From an uncultured Nitrososphaerota archaeon (GTDB lineage: Archaea > Thermoproteota > Nitrososphaeria > Nitrososphaerales > Nitrosopumilaceae), in assembly GCA_963701075.1 (NCBI GenBank), contig OY969559.1:768001-832000 (forward strand): DNA of 64,000 bases. Direction: 5' to 3'. The position numbers and the translations under genes were made by a program. Below, piece after piece: positions 61,392-64,000 of the stretch (within the stretch, counting starts at the first letter, position 1; each line of letters begins with the position of its first letter). Below the pieces are notes generated by a model. It was given only the letters and a program-made list of their open reading frames with translations, was not told where the DNA came from and searched no databases.

Positions 61392-61844
61392 TCAGATCTG
61401 TTTTACTTCTACCACTGTTGTCACCGTTGCATTCTTGTCATCTTGTAAAGTGCCTTCAATTACTATGGGCATGGTTTGATTATACCCTGTGATGCCATTG
61501 GAAACAAGGACTGTATCGCTATATTTTGCTGTCTGACCAGGACCAAGGTTTTTAGCTATTGTTACACGATCGTAAGGATGGCCTAAAAGCCCCATTTTCC
61601 CCATGAGAAAATGAACATTGGAAACCTGAGCTGTGCCAAAATTGATAACCTGTACAGAAAGGTGCATTATTCCACCGCCCTCTATTTTTTCACTGGCTTG
61701 CTGGATTGCCAATCCGTTATCTTCTGCAATAAAATCAAGCGAGTTTTTTTTAAAATCTGAAATTGTGCTTGTGGTATAAAGTGAGTAGGCAATGGTAGAA
61801 ATGCCGATCATTAAGCCAATTATTACGAAAAACGATCTTTTCAT
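61392..61844 (-). CDS. N-terminally anchored Ig/pilin-like exported protein
   Basis: TM helix, LSVQVINFGT..V..V, LGPGQTA. Confidence 0.6.
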   Translation of the reverse strand: MKRSFFVIIGLMIGISTIAYSLYTTSTISDFKKNSLDFIAEDNGLAIQQASEKIEGGGIMHLSVQVINFGTAQVSNVHFLMGKMGLLGHPYDRVTIAKNLGPGQTAKYSDTVLVSNGITGYNQTMPIVIEGTLQDDKNATVTTVVEVKQI

Positions 61845-61856
61845 TTAGGTCGTCAT

Positions 61857-62393
61857 CTATTGGGCATATCTAAGCGTAATTGTCCTTGCACTACAATTCA
61901 ATTCAGGTTTTATGTTAAACATCCTTCCAAAGATTATTTCAAGGATTGTCTTGTGGTACAATGACCAGTTTTTGCCAAGATCGTGCTTCATGACATACGT
62001 GTGAGTGTTATTTTCTACGATATGGCTTGTTTGCACCGACGAGTTTATCATCTGCATCTCAAACCATGCCATGAAGGACTCGACGTCGATCTTTCCCTTC
62101 ATGAACAATACCATATCCCTTGCATCATCTTTGCCTATGGTGCAGGCAAGTCTAGTTACTTCTGCCTCTGTCAAGTTCTCAAAAATTTTAATGAAGACGG
62201 GCTTGGTGACACAGACAAACCCTATCTTTGGCTGATATACATCCCAGTCTAAAAAGCGCTTAAAGGCTTGACCAGCAAGGGTGTTTGTACTTATTTCCTG
62301 ATTCTCAGATTCAAGACGAAGTTTGTTGAGAAGTTCTTCGTCTATTCGAAACGTGATAGTAGCCGTCCTTTTGAACTTGGCAACCACGCTCAT
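61857..62393 (-). CDS. ribbon-helix-helix regulator with C-terminal alpha/beta domain
   Basis: TITFRIDEELLNKLRLESENQEISTNTL; HTYVMKHDLGKNWSLYHKTILE; close paralogue of 33828. Confidence 0.78.
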   Translation of the reverse strand: MSVVAKFKRTATITFRIDEELLNKLRLESENQEISTNTLAGQAFKRFLDWDVYQPKIGFVCVTKPVFIKIFENLTEAEVTRLACTIGKDDARDMVLFMKGKIDVESFMAWFEMQMINSSVQTSHIVENNTHTYVMKHDLGKNWSLYHKTILEIIFGRMFNIKPELNCSARTITLRYAQ

Positions 62394-62829
62394 ACCTGTC
62401 TTTCATGTATGATGTATTTAGGAAATGATTAACATTGTTAAGCAGTTTTTTGTCAGAAAATTTATTGCGTATATATGTATTTGATATTTGTACCAAAAAT
62501 CTTAAAATGCTTCTGACAAGGTACAAGATTTTTTGATTCTTGGTAAAAGTCAAGAATTACATACGGAATCTAGCGTTGGCCTTGAGCTTGCTAAATAACG
62601 GCTTTCTTGCTATCCATACTAATGCTACCAGCATCCCAACAAAAATATCTTCCAGTATGGGAAATATCGTTCTCTCTTTATCTGACATGTTTTGCGGTGA
62701 CTGTATTATGGTGACAGGCCTGTGAAACCCAGCTTAATCATCTTGGATACTGCTCATCCACTAATAGAAATTAATTCAGATCCCGCTGTGTGATCAAGCT
62801 TTAAATCATTTGGAACAATAATCGAAAGT

Positions 62830-62973
62830 ATGACAGATGCGTCATGTGGATGTGAAGCGACATCAGGTACCGATAGCCTATGTGATTGTGAGATGCAGGG
62901 AGAATACCTTTGCAATGTTTCCTGTACGTGCAAATCCAAAGTTTGTAAGGCTCAGACAAAAAATTTCAGGTAA
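62830..62973 (+). CDS. metallothionein-like 47-aa Cys-rich protein (paralogue 2)
   Basis: MTDASCGCEATSGTDSLCDCEMQGEYLCNVSCTCKSKVCKAQTKNFR*; 8 Cys; TTTAAA at 62800-62805; 24/47 identical to 38794. Confidence 0.78.
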   Translation: MTDASCGCEATSGTDSLCDCEMQGEYLCNVSCTCKSKVCKAQTKNFR

Positions 62974-62978
62974 ATGCT

Positions 62979-63914
62979 TTACTGTACAAGCCCGAGAAAT
63001 TTCTGGTTCTGCTTCAAGCTTGCAAAATCTTCATCCTGTATAGCCATTGCCTTCCATCTCTGGTCAATTCTTATTGCCTTCTCAAGTGTGACAAGTGCCT
63101 CTTGTCTCATGCCCTTTAGCGAACAGATTCGTGCCATGTTGTATAGCAGTTCAGCGCTGTCAGGATCGGAGAGTAGAGCCCTGTTATAAAATTCGAATGC
63201 CTCATTGATTCTACCAAGCCTTGAGAGAGCATGAGCCTTAAAAGTGGCAGCGCTGGAATATAATGATTCCACCCTGAGCGTCATATCAAACGATTCCAAC
63301 GCCTCCCTGTATCTGCCCTCCTTGTAGAGTGATATTCCCCTGTTGCACCAGAGGTGCGCGTTTTCCGAATGCATCTTCAAGGCTTTATTATAACATTCCA
63401 GTGCTTCTGTATGCCTACTCAAGCTATCAAGCACGACACCTTTGTTGTTTAATGCGGATATCTTGCCCGGATTTCTCTCTAGTATGTGATCATAAAATTC
63501 AAGTGAGTTATACGGTACGCCCCTGAAGTAATGAAAGTTTCCCACTGCAAGCAGATACTCGTCGCTTTCTGTCCAGTTCTTGTTTTGCAGCAATTGTTTT
63601 AGTCTCTCATTTTCCTCCATGGTGACAGCAATCTCTTTTCTTACTTCCTCCAACAACTTGACTGACTGCCCAGCCTTGAGTACTAGCGTTCCACCAACCT
63701 TTGCCAATCCTAGCACAACATAATTTTGATTTTCTTCAAGTTTGACCAGCAATGATTTCTCGTCCTGTAGTAGTTGTGCATCAAGTACTTTTGTCTCTTC
63801 TGATTCCAGTCTTTGCGATATGCCTTTCTTTTTCTGATCCTCTTCCTGACCTGTCTTTATTTCCTTGCTTTCTTTTTCCTCTGATGTTGGTTTTTTCCAG
63901 AATCCAAACCTCAA
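62979..63914 (-). CDS. TPR repeat protein
   Basis: ALNNKGVVL..L....EALECYNKAL, WCNRG..L...GRY.EALESFD, YNMA.I.SL.G....AL..LEKAI..D...A.QD.DF. Confidence 0.88.
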   Translation of the reverse strand: MRFGFWKKPTSEEKESKEIKTGQEEDQKKKGISQRLESEETKVLDAQLLQDEKSLLVKLEENQNYVVLGLAKVGGTLVLKAGQSVKLLEEVRKEIAVTMEENERLKQLLQNKNWTESDEYLLAVGNFHYFRGVPYNSLEFYDHILERNPGKISALNNKGVVLDSLSRHTEALECYNKALKMHSENAHLWCNRGISLYKEGRYREALESFDMTLRVESLYSSAATFKAHALSRLGRINEAFEFYNRALLSDPDSAELLYNMARICSLKGMRQEALVTLEKAIRIDQRWKAMAIQDEDFASLKQNQKFLGLVQ

Positions 63915-64000
63915 GTCGATAATGTCTTTGTAGCATCATCTCTAATAATGTGTAATGATAATTCTCATTTTTACCAAATTAATGAATTCAAATAATTGCA

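Noticed and set aside
61392-61844. Type IV pilin / archaellin
   Set aside because: It lacks a clear class III signal peptide cleavage motif and there are no adjacent assembly genes.
62557-62688. 43-aa minus-strand ORF MSDKERTIFPILEDIFVGMLVALVWIARKPLFSKLKANARFRM
   Set aside because: A plausible single-TM peptide, but with no paralogue or clear promoter the support is insufficient.

Overview
AT-rich archaeal chromosome segment, most consistent with an ammonia-oxidising Nitrososphaerota (Thaumarchaeota; Nitrosotalea-like gene repertoire, inferred). About 1-30 kb and 47-57.5 kb are core genes: OFOR beta subunit, cofE, homoaconitase-type and LeuCD dehydratases, rps9/rpl13/rpl18e/rpoD, the exosome superoperon, rhodaneses, NAD kinase, a cellulose-synthase-like GT2, msrB, htpX, rpl10e, endA, tRNA-Gly and tRNA-Glu, hemL/hemC/cobA/hemD, sufBD-Rieske-sufSU and pgk. 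About 31-47 kb and 57.5-64 kb are accessory: RHH regulators, SRPBCC/START proteins, a cupredoxin, membrane-anchored Ig-like proteins, a giant NHL/Ig-repeat/RTX surface protein, an extra TFB and a TPR protein. About 11 single-base frameshifts, several in essential genes, look like read or assembly errors. Most notable: two unannotated 47-aa CxC-rich metallothionein-like paralogues; four further unannotated Cys/His micro-proteins; a 15-bp motif at fixed spacing from the TATA box in three promoters of the RHH/SRPBCC/cupredoxin island; a perfect 78-bp inverted repeat bracketing part of that island; and DtxR/MntR-like boxes upstream of suf. All protein calls come from motif recognition by eye; no database search was run.
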